The translations under genes and the position numbers were made by a program. From the NCBI GenBank assembly GCA_031835245.2, contig JAVKOQ020000027.1, positions 186,001 to 250,000 on the forward strand: 64,000 nt of DNA. The letters run 5' to 3'. The notes beneath the pieces were generated by a model. That model had not been told where the DNA came from. It saw nothing but the letters and a program-made list of their open reading frames with translations, and made no database searches. The DNA comes from Balamuthia mandrillaris. Its lineage: Eukaryota. This document shows, piece after piece, positions 24,621 to 36,911 of this stretch (position 1 is the first letter of the stretch; the number at the start of each line of letters is the position of its first letter).

Positions 24621-27150
24621 AGAGAGCGAAGGGAGAAGAGGGGTAACATGCAAGTGATGAGTACCTTCTTGACATCCTTCACAATGCTGGCATAAGATAC
24701 AATGGAATGTGCGCTTTTTGGTTGCTTGTCTTGTATCGTAAGTACGTTTCGTACTTCCTTGATCAAATGTGCCATCTCCGATATAGCTTGTTCGATGCTG
24801 GAGTGAAGACAGAAATAGAAAAAAAGATTAAGAAAACAAATGGAGAGGAGGACAGAAAGAAGCAAACGAACCTGTCCAAGAGTTCCATGTAACGCAACTT
24901 AAGATCTTTCTGGCGAGTGCTCAACCTCAAACCAGCAGCAGAGCGAGTGGCATCTAACAAGTTGATCATGTTCAACGGAAACGTGGAGGAGGAGTTGGTA
25001 AGCGCGTTCAGAGGAAGGGCAAACTTTGGCGAGGTTGCTGCTGTCTCGCTTCCACTCTTTTTACTACCACCGCCTCTACCGCTGCTGCCATTAGGAGAGG
25101 AGGGGGAAACTGGGTTGCTGCTGCCACTGTCATGGATGCTGCTCAGGTTGAGCGAGGTGCTCAGGCGAGGGTCGGCATTGCGAGGCGAAGACGACAAAGA
25201 ACTTCGTCCAGAACCCGCTGCTGCGTTGTTGCTGCCAGTATTGCTACTGTTGTTATTTCTCTGGGTATGGCCGTTGGTGCTGCTGTTGAGGTTGTGATTG
25301 GTCATTGCAGCTTTGGCTTTTTGGAGAACGATGTATTGCTCCAAGGAGCGAAGGCACTGCACCAAAAAGAAGGCGATGCCCACCGACTCGGTCTCCTCCA
25401 GTTGCCTCTGTATAGAACCCAACTTGCACTTCACCTCCAGAATGGGAGCAGCGTTAACCACCTGAGAGAGGCCCCTTCGTTCCTCCAACCGTCTTTCTTT
25501 TTCATCATCTTTTATGTTGTCTTCATGACGGTGCCGATCTTGATGTTGTGGCAATTCCACCGGTGGTTTCTGTTCGCTCTCGCTTTCATCTTTCTCCTTG
25601 GAGCCCTTTCTCTTGCGTTGCTTTTCTTTATCTTTTTTGCTTTTGGCGGTAGGACTGTTGTTGCCACTACCGCTGTTCTTCCGTTTTTTCTCCCCAGAAG
25701 GAGACGTACTCGAGTGTTCTTCACCACCGTTTTCCGTGGACCGCTCTCGTTTTTCTTCCGCCACTGCCTCATCTTCTCCCTCCTCATCGATTCTCCCTAA
25801 CACATGCAGTTTCCCATCCAACTCCTCTCTTAGACGTTGCAGCTCTGGCTTAGCGCTTGTGGGAGTGGAGGTTGGCGAGTCGGCAGAAGAGGAGGAGAAG
25901 CGTTCGATGAAGCACTTGATGTCCTGCATGGAGGCGTAGCAACGCTCGTTTTGTGCGTGAATCGCTGCCAAGGCCTCTTTCGCGTTCGCCTCTTCGTCCT
26001 CATTGGTGCATATCATTTCTTCTTCCTCTTCTTCCGCCTCCGATTCTCTTTTCTTCCGTGCTTCTAACAGCTGTCGATACTCTCTGGCCTGATAATAATT
26101 CTTCTTCAATCGTGCTTCAATGTCAACATGAATGTAAGAGTAGATGTTGGCGAGACATTCGTTGCCAGCACTTCTCAAGTGTTCCAACTTGCCTTCCTTC
26201 AGTTCCTTATCGTTGGACCAAAGGGAGTTCACTCGACTGCGCGTTTTGCTCTTGATGGAATGAGTGGCAGAAGCAGAGGAGCGAGAACCTCGTCCCGAAC
26301 CGGAATAAGACGGAGAAGAAGGAGAAGCAGCTGGTGAAAGAGAAGAAGAACTCTTTGGCTGTGGTGATTGTTGTGGTTGCTTCTCCGATCGTTTCTTATC
26401 AGGAGAGGCAGAAGCAGATACAGGAGAAGAGGAGGTTTCTGTCTTTCGGTCCAAACGAGGAACTTGGTTCATGGAATGCGATTTGGAGAGTTGCAGCTGC
26501 TTCTTTCGCTGTTTGGCCATGTTGAGCTCCGATTGTTGACGGGAGGGCTCGCCCTTGCGTTGTCGCTGCTGACCGTCCGACGTTGCGTCGGAGGGAGAAG
26601 ATGAGTCGCTGGAGGCATCTTCTTTCTTTTCGCTGTCGCTGCCGGTTGCTTTTTTGTTGAGGTGAGGCGAGACCGTGGCGACGGCAGAGGAAGAGGCAGA
26701 GAGACTGGCTCCTCTCTTCCTCAGCTTTTTCTGTTTGTGTGGGGAGGGAGAGGAAGAGGAAGAGGAGGCTAAAGGCGAACGAGGCAAAGGTGGTTGTTCG
26801 TAGGCAGCCTCCGCATTGGAAGAAGCGGAAGAAGAGGCATTCGAAGAGGAGGTTGCGGTATCTCCTTCCTCCTTGTACTTAGTCGTTTTCTTCATGATAT
26901 AGTCGTCGGCGTCCAACGCTATCATTTTCTTGGCGCCAGTAACCGCCACAGAGGCAGCTCTTCCTCTGGTGACAGGAACTTGCACACCTCCTTCTGCTTC
27001 TCCTTCTCCTTCTCCCCTACCTCCGCTTTCGGCCGCTTGGGTTGCTTGTTCTGTCGGCAGGTCCACAGAGTGCCATCGCGGCTGTTCGCTCTTCCGTCGC
27101 CGCCGCACTACCAATGGCTGTTCATCTGAAATGGAGAGCGTTCGCTGCAT
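20107..27150 (-). CDS. RasGAP domain protein with IQGAP-type RasGAP_C region, multi-exon
   Basis: LRSNPKYIANL, DFLRGTTFVT, LSLELDPQK, MPFGMRWL, GSYIFLRFYSPAIIAPE, KVLQNLAN and GPFKYKIKDLMKLGVV. Long low-complexity N-terminus from ATG 27150. Confidence 0.85.
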
Positions 27151-28057
27151 CGTTCGTTCGTTGCCTCCAGTCTTCTTTCGGGCAATATGGTTCTTTCTTT
27201 TGAAAAATAAACTGGAAGTAACAACAACAAACAAAAAAAGAAATTGAAAAATGTCAGAGAGAGAGAGAGAGAAGCAAGAAACAAAGGGGGACTGGACGAC
27301 CTTAGAGTTGCTGGTTGGTTTCTCCTTCAAATAGCACAACACACGGTTCTTGTCAAAAATGTCGTTTATCTTTCTCCCTTTCTTTCGCTTGAAACTTTTC
27401 ACAATATAAACACATGCATACAAATAAGCAAAGGCCTTGGGTGTAGGTTTGGTTGGTTCCGGTCTCTTTTTTGCTTCCACCGGTCTCTACTGCTGATACT
27501 CCGCAACTTCGTACACTTCAACAGAACCGCAAATGCGCAAGGCAATGGCCAGCCCCGCAAAAAAAACCAAACGGTAAATGCTGGCTTGGCTGCTGTGCAA
27601 CATTAGTACGGCAAAAGAAGACGGAAAAATTTTTATTTGGAGAGCGTGGCTTTGAACGGAAGAAACAGGACAAAGCAAAGTGTGTCCTGGATTTTAAGCC
27701 ACCAAGGGTGGACACATGCCTCTGGGAAGGCAAACCATTTGGATGCTCTCCTGGTTTTGGTTATCGCCTGGCTACAGATGATTATCCTTTTTAAGTGAAT
27801 TGAAAGATGTGCATTATGACGCACGACGATCCGCCGGACGATCGAACTAAAAGTCGACGCTAAATGACTGATCTGAGTGATCGTCGACAAAATTATGAGA
27901 GACTTGCGTTCTTGCCCCTCAGGTCAACTACTTTATTAATGAAATTATCATTAAAATCACGAGGCAGTTCAGCACGTGTGTAGTAACGAACGCTCCGGTA
28001 GGGCGGAAGGTGGCCGTTCTTCTCTTTTTTTTTTAAACAACAACGAACAAAACCAAC

Positions 28058-28684
28058 ATGCACTTTTCTCTGCTTCTTGCACTTTGTTGTATCTTGGGGG
28101 CCTCTTTCGCCTTGGAGGTTTCTCGTCCTCGCCCAGGCCCTAGCGTCAAAACGCAACTCGAACTTCGCCAAGCCTACGCCGCGTGGTGGGCCGAGTTTGA
28201 CGACCTCATGGTGGAGCTCGGACAGGAGGAGGCTTCCGAAGCGGAGGCCCGAGAAGCCATTCGTGCTCTCTTTGGCCGTTGGTGGCTGCCGGACGGAAGA
28301 CTCATTTTCCCGATGGTCGGAGTTGATGTCACCGGTGTGGCAGCTATCGTGGAGGTAGCCCTTGCCACCGTTAAAAAAGGTCTGGTGGGAGAGTATCACA
28401 CCCTCTCGGAGCCTCTGCCCATGGTTCAAGACGGGAATACGGTCAACATTACCGCCCGAGACACCTCCCATGTCATCAACAAAGTCACCGGCCTGACCTC
28501 GGTGTATCTGGGCAGCAAGACTTTCTCCTTCGAGAGACAGGCAGGCGGCTGCTGGCTCATCTCTCAGGCGCTCTTTGAGGTCGTGGCTGTGGTCCCTGTT
28601 GGGCCTATGGTGCCGTACTCTCGCGTAACCTTGCCGGAGCAAAGTGAGGCAATCTGTCATGAGAAGCCCAACATCCTTTTCTAG
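28058..28684 (+). CDS. Secreted protein, possibly NTF2/SnoaL-like fold, intronless
   Basis: 208 aa ORF with a hydrophobic signal peptide (MHFSLLLALCCILGASFA). The helix-then-beta pattern ending FSFERQAGGCWLI is reminiscent of SnoaL-like domains; the fold is inferred. Confidence 0.65.
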   Translation: MHFSLLLALCCILGASFALEVSRPRPGPSVKTQLELRQAYAAWWAEFDDLMVELGQEEASEAEAREAIRALFGRWWLPDGRLIFPMVGVDVTGVAAIVEVALATVKKGLVGEYHTLSEPLPMVQDGNTVNITARDTSHVINKVTGLTSVYLGSKTFSFERQAGGCWLISQALFEVVAVVPVGPMVPYSRVTLPEQSEAICHEKPNILF

Positions 28685-29334
28685 ACTATGGAAAGAACGA
28701 AGGAATGTTTTAACTCCAATAAAACGCATGGAGAGAAGGGGGTTCATTCTTCTTGCTTTCTTTGATGGTAATGAACTTTCCCTGCATTACCTCCTTCCAC
28801 GGAGGCAGCTGAATCCTCCGCTTTGGTTGGACCCTTTTCTTTTTCCTCTCCCTGCTCAGCTTTGCATTGCCTGTTCCTTGTTCGCTTTTTATCCCTCCGC
28901 TTGCTCTCTTTCTCATGTTCTGCTTCTGTTTTAAACAAACTGGAAAGTGTTCCTCGGTTTGTCTATATATCTTGCGAGGATCTACATCTTCCCATGGTTG
29001 CATCAAGCTTTCTGGTCTTCCCCGCTTCCGCCACTAAAAAAACACACACAAGCAGTACATTTCTTGATCTCAACTTGATCAATCTGATCTTTATGACGTC
29101 ATCACCTCAGGGGAATTAAGCCCGGATAATTTCATCCCGGTTCGAATTTTCGGGGAACCCAAGCAGAAACCTCGCAGAAAGAAATCCGAAGGGGCCACAG
29201 AAATGTGAGAAGAACAAAACAACAAACAAAAATTTTTCAACGTTTTCGCGAGTCCGCTCCGCTCACTCTCTCAAAAAATATTAAAAAAAACAAACAACGA
29301 AAATAGAAAACAAAGTAGTAGTTAAAAAAAAAAG

Positions 29335-32290
29335 ATGATGACGATGCAGCCGCAGCAGCAGCAACTCAATGATCCTCCGCCGCAAGGGCTAACGACAACA
29401 GCCACCGCAGCCACGATGGTGCATGGAGGAAGGGCGTTTCGGAGCAAAGAGTTTTTCAAAAACTATTCGGTGCGGCAGCTGATGGAAGTGTTGGACGAGA
29501 GAGGGGTGGACTACATCTCTTGCTCTTCCAAACGGGAGCTCATCCAGAAAGTAATCGAGTCGGAAGGTTTGATTCTTGATTTTCGCTTTGCGATTTTTAT
29601 TGATGATTTGTTTGATGATTTTTTCTGTTTAAAAAAATAATTTTAGAACAAATGTTTAACGACCTTCAACGAAAGTTGGACGAGGAAGAAAGTCGTTGGC
29701 AACAACAAACACAGCAACGACTCCATGCAACGGAGAAGCAACAGCAACAACAATTACTACCATCAGCCACAACACCAACTTCAACTTCCTCTCTTCTTCA
29801 GCTTTCTCTCAACCACAACAACAGTGTTTCTCTACTTCCTCTCGGCGACAGCAATACTTTTCACATCCACGACAACAACAGCAACAAAGCAACAACAACC
29901 ACCACCACGGAAGGGAAGGAACAAGTGGAAGAAGCGGCCAAAAGAAAGGAAGAACGAAGAAGAGGAAAAGCGATCACTTCGCCGCCCAAAGCGAGAAGAC
30001 GATCCAGGAGACGGAGCAAAGAAGGAAGAGCGTTTAGCGAAGGGGAGAAAGAAGAACGAGAGGAGAAGGAGAAGGAAAAAGAGAAAGAAAAAGAGAAAGA
30101 CAGGAAAGAACATGTTGAGGGGGCGTGTCAATGTCCCGTTTGTTTCAAGTGGATAGAGCAAGAGGGTATCGAGCAGCACGTAAATGCTTGTTTGGATCGA
30201 GTGATGAAGGAAGAGGAGGAGGAGGAAGAGAACAAACAAAAGGTTCCGTCAAAGCAACAGCACCATTTGCAGCCACATCACTTTCGCTCATCATCAGCGC
30301 TACCATCTCCTTCTTCTTCTTCTTCTTCAGCTGCTTTGAGTGCTTCGAAGCAACAACAACAAAATCCTCCTTCATTAACTGTACAAGCTGCGTTTGGAGG
30401 AAGAGCTGAGATGGCGCAGTCGTTGCAAGTGGCCAACGAGGAGATACAATGGTACAAGTCCCGAGTATTGGCACAAGAGCTGGAAATACAGCAGCTGAAA
30501 GCGCAGCTGCAAAACGCTCAGCAGAACGAGCGCTATTGGAGAGAACGATTCATTCGTGCTTTTAGTCCGACTTCTCCTTCTGCAGCAGTTGCGACCGCCG
30601 ACAAAAAAGAAGCAGAAGCAGAGCAAAGAGAAAATATTCAACAAACACAGCCGGTGGCAGAAAAGAAGGATAACAGCAACATCATTGACGCTCGTGGGCA
30701 AGGCAAGACCGTTGCTGCTCTTAAAGCTATCTTCTCTTTACCATCTAAAACGCCTCCTTGCTAATATGCCACTTCTTCTTTTCTTTCTTTTTTCTTTTGT
30801 CATCGCTTTCTTTTCTCTCCTTTTCTTTTTTTTTTCTTTTTTTTTTCATACAACGAGAGCAGGCAATCACGATACTATCATCACTCCTCCCGAACGTCAC
30901 CAGAACGAGTCAGCATTATCTTCCACGTGGGAACCTTTTGAAACCATCCCTCCAACGGATCTGGTGGTCTACAATGCTCTTACTGGAACCTTCGAGGTCA
31001 TCAAGAAAGTGGCTGAAAAGGGATCAAGCGAGGAGGAACCAGAGGAGCAGGAAGAAGCAGAGAGAAACGAACAAGCTAAACCCGGAGATGGTGCACAAGA
31101 AGATGGAGAAACTGGCGGCGCTTCAGCTGTTATCAGCCTTATTGGCGATTCTGCTACTAACAGAGTAAGCATTTATTTTTTTCCCTGCACTTTTGTTAGT
31201 TGCTAAACTCCACTTGAATCAGAAATTGGAACAACGACGCTTGGCATTAAATGAGCTGCTGCACAGTGAACACAGTTATGTCGAATGTTTGGAAACGCTC
31301 GTGAAGGTACTTTATCTATTTGTTATACTTTTCTTCACCATGTAACGTTGTTTCTTTCATATAGAAATTCTATGAGCCATTGTCTCAACAAGCAGAGAGG
31401 CTGCATGTGGAACCTCACCAAATCACAGCTATATTTTCCAACGTCAAAGTGCTTTGGGGTTTGCACAAGACCATTCTCCGCCGCTTTGATAAAGAGTTCA
31501 ACAAGGACAACACGTCACCCAACTTTGCAAAAGTTTTAGTGGGGATGGCGCCTTTTCTAAAAGTTTATACTCAGGTACATCTCTCGCTCTCTCTCTCTTT
31601 CTCTCTCTCTGTCTTGAAGTTAATTTAGTCTTTTTCCCCTCAAGTATGTTGTGGATGGAGGAAAATCTACCGAGGTGTTGCGTCAATGTCAGCAGCATAA
31701 AGCGTTCCGAGTTTGGCTGGCAGAAACGGAAGACCGTTCCCCTCTGCCTCGAGTGCCTATCAGCAATCTGCTTATTAGACCCATTAGACATATTCCCAAC
31801 TATGCCTTGTTGCTTGCGGTACCTACCGTTCATTCCTTCATGTTCCCTCTGAAGAAACTGGAAAGGTAAGGTGAGAAAAGAACACGCTAACAAAAGTTCC
31901 GTAACAGAGAGTACTGAATTACACTCCAACGACGCACCCGCAACATGCACCCTTTGAGCAGGCGTTACAGCTCATCAAAGAGTTGGCTGGCCGTATGAAT
32001 CATCACAAAGATCAGGTAAACACAAACGAGCAGTCTGCTGAAATAGTGAATATGACTAACTTTGATTTTTTTTTCATTTGATGCAGGCTGACAACAGACT
32101 CAAAGTTATAGAAACCCAACAAAAACTTCAAGTCAATGTACGCGCTTATTGGCTTTCTTTCTCCACCTGCTCCTTGCTCTAAGTTCTTTCTGTTGTCTTA
32201 CTCTCTTTTTCGTTCTTCCAGGGATTAGCCAAGCCACATCGCCGATTCAGTATGTCTTTCCTTCTTTTGTTACTTCAATCAGCATTAACT

Positions 32291-32335
<45 letters not shown>

Positions 32336-33750
32336 ACTCGCTTGCTCGCTCTTTTCTTTCCAGTTCGAGAGGGTCCCTTATGGCTGATAAGCGAACGGCA
32401 AGCTCGTAGTTGTTATGTCTACCTATTTGATGATTTGATCCTAGTGAGCAAACACAGCAAAGACAAAGACAATAGAGACGGCAGCAACCGCCTTAGTGCT
32501 ATTGTTTGGCTCACCAGAAAGAACGCTCGTGTCTATAACATTCTGGATGACCCCACTACAAGCGAGTATCGACATGCCTTCCGCGTGAGGGCTGGTTATG
32601 TGGCTTCTAGGTTCTCTCAACCGGGACCCAAGAACTACATCTTCCTTGCTGCCACACCTGCTGAGAAACACTCCTGGATGACAGACATACAAACCGCCAT
32701 TAGGTTGTGTCGTGAGAAGGAAGCGCAAAGAGCATCCCTTGAAATGGCACGTTCGCGCGAACTTGAAAAACAGGTACTTCTCTTCGTTCTTCATTATTTC
32801 ATTCATCGATTCGTTCATACATGTTTTCTTTGTTTGTTCTCTCTCTCTCTCTCTCTCTCATTCATTTTTTTACAAAGGGAATGGATGAGTTTACGCTTCT
32901 GTCAGCCGAAAGAGCTAAAGCCATATCTCCTCCAAAGTCGCCCTCTGGTGATGACAGAAGAGTGTCAGGAGAAATCCAAAGGGAGAATGATAAGAAGGAG
33001 GGCTACGAAGAGGATCCATTGGAAAGTGTGCTCGCGCACGACATGGCTGGTTGGTTGGTCCGACCTGGAAGACTGACTTGGAAGAAGCGATGGTTTGTAT
33101 GCTCTCTTTGTTCTTCATTCTTAGTCACACTTTTAACAACAAAAAAAAGGTGTGTGTTGGAAGACGGTGTTCTGTATTTCTACAAGACCAAGCCAAAAGG
33201 GCCAACGGCCATCCCCACCCAATCCCTTCAGCTATGCAATTACTATCTGAAACGCGTGTCCTCCTCCCGCTCCTCTTCCACCGGAACTCCAAAACACCAT
33301 CACTACAACGGCCATCACCATCAACAACAACCGCACCAACGTCATGGCTTCGTTTTGTACAACGCCAACGAAGCGGATCGTTACTTTGAGGCACCCAACA
33401 AAGAAGAGTTGAAACGATGGTTAGCCAGTATGCTGCCTCATCTTCGATTCAACAGCCAAAGAAATCGCAACAAGAAACAACAAGAGGAGAATGAAGCAGG
33501 AGAAGGAGGAGGAACAAGTGAGGACCACACACGTTTGCCATTTGGTTACATTGACGCTGCGGAGAGGAGAGAGAGGGCCGCTCTCAGCTCTTCCTTTCTG
33601 ATGCCGCAGCAACAAGTGGTGGACATTTCGATGCCGGATGCGGCTTCTTTCAAGAAGGTTACCAACGTGGAGGAGATGAACCTGGCTGCCGAAAGGGCTG
33701 GACTGACCTATCACAGGAAAGGGCAGAGCCGTTCTCCTCGAGGGGACTGA
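29335..33750 (+). CDS. DH-PH RhoGEF with SAP-like motif, UBZ4 zinc finger and second PH domain, multi-exon
   Basis: DH motifs RRLALNELLHSEHSYVECL, IFSNV, FLKVYTQY and LLIRPIRHIPNYALLL. PH motifs YVYLFDDLILV...EKHSWMTDI and WKKRWCVL...ELKRWLAS. UBZ CPVCFKWIEQEGIEQHVNACL. Confidence 0.82.
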
Positions 33751-33946
33751 GCATCACTGAAACACAAGGACGAAAATGTTCTTTCTCTTTTTCTTTTTCT
33801 TTTTCAGTCAGCAACTTTTATCGATTGTTTGTAATATTTATTTATTTTCAAAAAATTATTGATTATCCGTTGACGTTAACATTTATTGAATTTTTCGAGT
33901 TTTATTTCCGATTTTTCGTCGACAAATAAAAAACCAACAGAAAAAG

Positions 33947-35417
33947 ATGGAAACAACAGAAAGAGATGAGGAGCTTGAAGGCTGTCCTTCTGACACTGGG
34001 GAGATTGGACGAGCGTCCGTGTGCGAAGGATGTCCCGGTCGTGCACTCTGTCTCAGTCAAGGCCAAGCCGATCCTGGTAAAAAAAAACTATTTCTTAAAT
34101 TTTTGATGTTTTTCTCTCATCTTTTGATGAAATAAACATGCGCAGAGCAAGAGAAATTAGACTTGCGGATGAAAGCAATAGCACACAAGATCCTTGTTCT
34201 CTCTGGCAAAGGAGGTGCGTTTTTCACTTTTTTACGTTGCAGAGCGCAATCCCTCGAATCTTAAAGCGGAACTAAAAAAAAAAAAGGAGTCGGCAAGTCC
34301 AGCGTAGCGGCCAATCTGGCGGTGGCGCTCAGCAGAAAAGGCAAAAAAGTGGCCTTGTTGGACGTCGACATCTGCGGACCCAGCATACCTAAGCTTATGA
34401 ACGTGGAGGGAGCGCAGGTCATAGCCTCCGACTATGGCTGGATACCTCCAAAGTAAGTTCAAAGGGCTTCAGTTGATTTTCTCCCTCTTACTCTCTTCTT
34501 GACTCCTCTCTAAATATTCGCTTCTCTTTCTCTCTTTCGTTTCTTGCTACGCTCGTTCACTTCTCTCGCTGCACTCTGTTCTCCGGTTTTTTTGTATGTT
34601 CTTGTCCATTGCACGCACAGAGACCCAGTGCATAACATTCCTGTGATGTCGGTGCAATTTCTTCTGGGTCATCCTGATGCCCCGGTTGTGTGGCGTGGTC
34701 CTCGCAAAACATGTTTGTTCTAACTTCTTTTCTTCTGTTCTCTTTCTCTTCTCTTCTCTCCATGTTGTTGCTCCCATTCTCACTTGTACACAAATGCATT
34801 AATTAATCCATCCAGCAATGATAAAGCGGTTTCTGAAGGACACGTTTTGGGGACGGTTGGACTATCTTATAGTTGATACTCCACCAGGAACGTCAGATGA
34901 GCATCTTTCCACCATAACTGCTTTGAAAAATGCCAAGCCGGATGGAGCTGTAATTGTGACCACTCCTCAAAAGGTTTCATTGGTAACCATCAACAAGGAA
35001 GTGCGTATTGCCTTTTCTTCTCCATTCATTTTGCCGCGTTATTGTCTAAATCTTTCCATGTCATTGCAGTTGAGCTTTTGTAAGAAACTTAAACTGCCTG
35101 TATTAGGCTTAATAGAAAACATGAGCGGCTTCGTCTGTCCTTGTTGTGAAGTACGTTCCTTCTCTCTCTCTCTTTCAGCACCTTAGCCTTGCAAACCCTT
35201 CTTTCTCAACACCAAAAAGGAATGTACAGATATCTTTTGTCGCGACGGTGGCGCGGAGGAGCTCGCCCAGCAACAACGCTTGCCGTTCTTGGGGCGGATA
35301 CCGCTCGATCCAAGAATGGGCCTCTGTGCCGAGCGAGGCGAGAGCGTGTTGGACAAGCACCCGCAATCGCCCTGTGAGCAAGCGTTCGCTGCTGTTGTTG
35401 ATGCACTGTGCAAATAA
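33947..35417 (+). CDS. NUBP1: Cytosolic Fe-S assembly P-loop NTPase Nbp35/NUBP1
   Basis: N-terminal CP...[10 protein letters not shown], Walker [40 protein letters not shown] and [11 protein letters not shown]. Confidence 0.93.
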
Positions 35418-35449
35418 AAAAAGTACAAACAAAAAATACCAAAAAGATA

Positions 35450-35521
35450 AGGGCACAGCCGGTTTCGAACCGACGACCTTCTCGGTGTAAACGAGATGCT
35501 CTGCCACTGAGCTATGCACCC
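35450..35521 (-). tRNA. tRNA-Val(TAC), bacterial/organellar-type sequence
   Basis: GGGTGCA TA GCTC AGTGGCA GAGC A TCTCG TTTACAC CGAGA AGGTC GTCGG TTCGAAA CCGGC TGTGCCC T, followed by a T5 terminator. Confidence 0.9.
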
Positions 35522-35909
35522 TAAGGTGTTAGTTATCAAGAAGAAAATGTGACGGTGTAAAAAAGGTCTAACCAAAGAAAATTGAAGTGGTGAAGCTTGT
35601 TCGCTCGTTTCCGCTGGAAATTGGGCGCAGACACGCACCTCAGCCACGTTATAGCGTGGTTCTTCTCCGTTTCCTGCGCCATCTTTGCGGTCAGTAACTT
35701 ACTGTTGCCCGTGTTTCTTGTTCGAAGGCTGCACACGGACAAAAGGCAAGCTCTGAAAAAAGAGCATTGCTTTCTTTTTTCGTGGGGGCTAAAGAACGAA
35801 GCAAGTGCTAAAACAAACACAATGCAAGAAGCCACCGGAAGAAAAGTGATTCTGTTTATTAACTTGGAACCTAAAAAAAGATAATAATAAAATAGAAAGC
35901 AAAAAATGT

Positions 35910-35991
35910 TGTGCGAAGTGGGATTTGAACCCACGCATCCGAAGATACTGGTGCCTTAAACCAGCGCCTTAGACCGCTCGGCCATCCGCAC
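35910..35991 (-). tRNA. tRNA-Leu(AAG)
   Basis: 82-nt class II cloverleaf; anticodon arm CTGGT-TTAAGGC-ACCAG; variable arm present; T6 terminator. Confidence 0.95.
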
Positions 35992-36097
35992 GACTTGCTC
36001 TTTGGTGGTAGCTCTTTGCCACGCGGAGAGGGCCCATTCTCTCGTTGCGCTTTTCTTCTTTCTTAAAAACGAACTCAAAAAAACGTAGAGTTGTTGG

Positions 36098-36866
36098 ATG
36101 GAGTGGTGGAGAGGTAGCGTGGTGGGCTTACCCGCATTGGATGAGCTCGGCAATCAAGTTGGTTATTGGCTCACCGGTGGTGGGGGTGGGTCACAGAACA
36201 CGGGGGAGTATCGACAGCAGACTCACCAGACGAGCAACCATGAAGCAGCTTCCGAGGAGGAAGAGCACGGGGCAGATGCGCCTCAGTCGTCGATGATGTT
36301 CCTCCCGCCTCCTCCTCCCAAGGCTGTGGAAGGCCAAGTTTCTTTGTTGAGCAGAGAGGAGGTGGCGCTTGGCTGTTTTGAGCCTGGTTGCCAACAGTTG
36401 TTTGGCTGGCGTACTGGCACTCGCATATGTGGAAGGTCCTTCTACTACCCCTTTTTTTTTTCTTTCCTCTTCATCCAGTTTTTCAGATGAAAAAAAAAAC
36501 CGCTGACCCGTTTTTTTGTATTCTTCCATCTGAAGATGTCAAAGACACTTTTGTGAGAAGCATTGCCGCTGGCGAAGGAAGCTACCTTTCACCGTGCCAC
36601 ATTCGCCACAAGGAAAAGAGGAGACGCGATCGACCCCTTCGTCTCGTACCTCGTTTCTGCTGTCCTATGTGTGTGCGAGGTGCTGTGAGGAGCTGGACTA
36701 TCTGCAACGAGGAGGCGGGGAGGGGTGGTTCTTGGGAAAGACGAGAGATCACACAACGGAGTTCTTGGCACGAAGGCAAAGTAAGCATGGAAAGAATCGA
36801 GATAGGACACGGTTCATCTTGCGACGGCTCGCCAAGGTTCCTTCTCTCTCTCTCTCTTTCGTCGTT

Positions 36867-36911
<45 letters not shown>

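Noticed and set aside
28710..29006. 98-aa minus-strand ORF sharing WEDVDP with the transposase WEDIDP, with a partial B-box at about 29139
   Set aside because: The similarity is limited to six residues and the B-box lacks the conserved CC; insufficient support.
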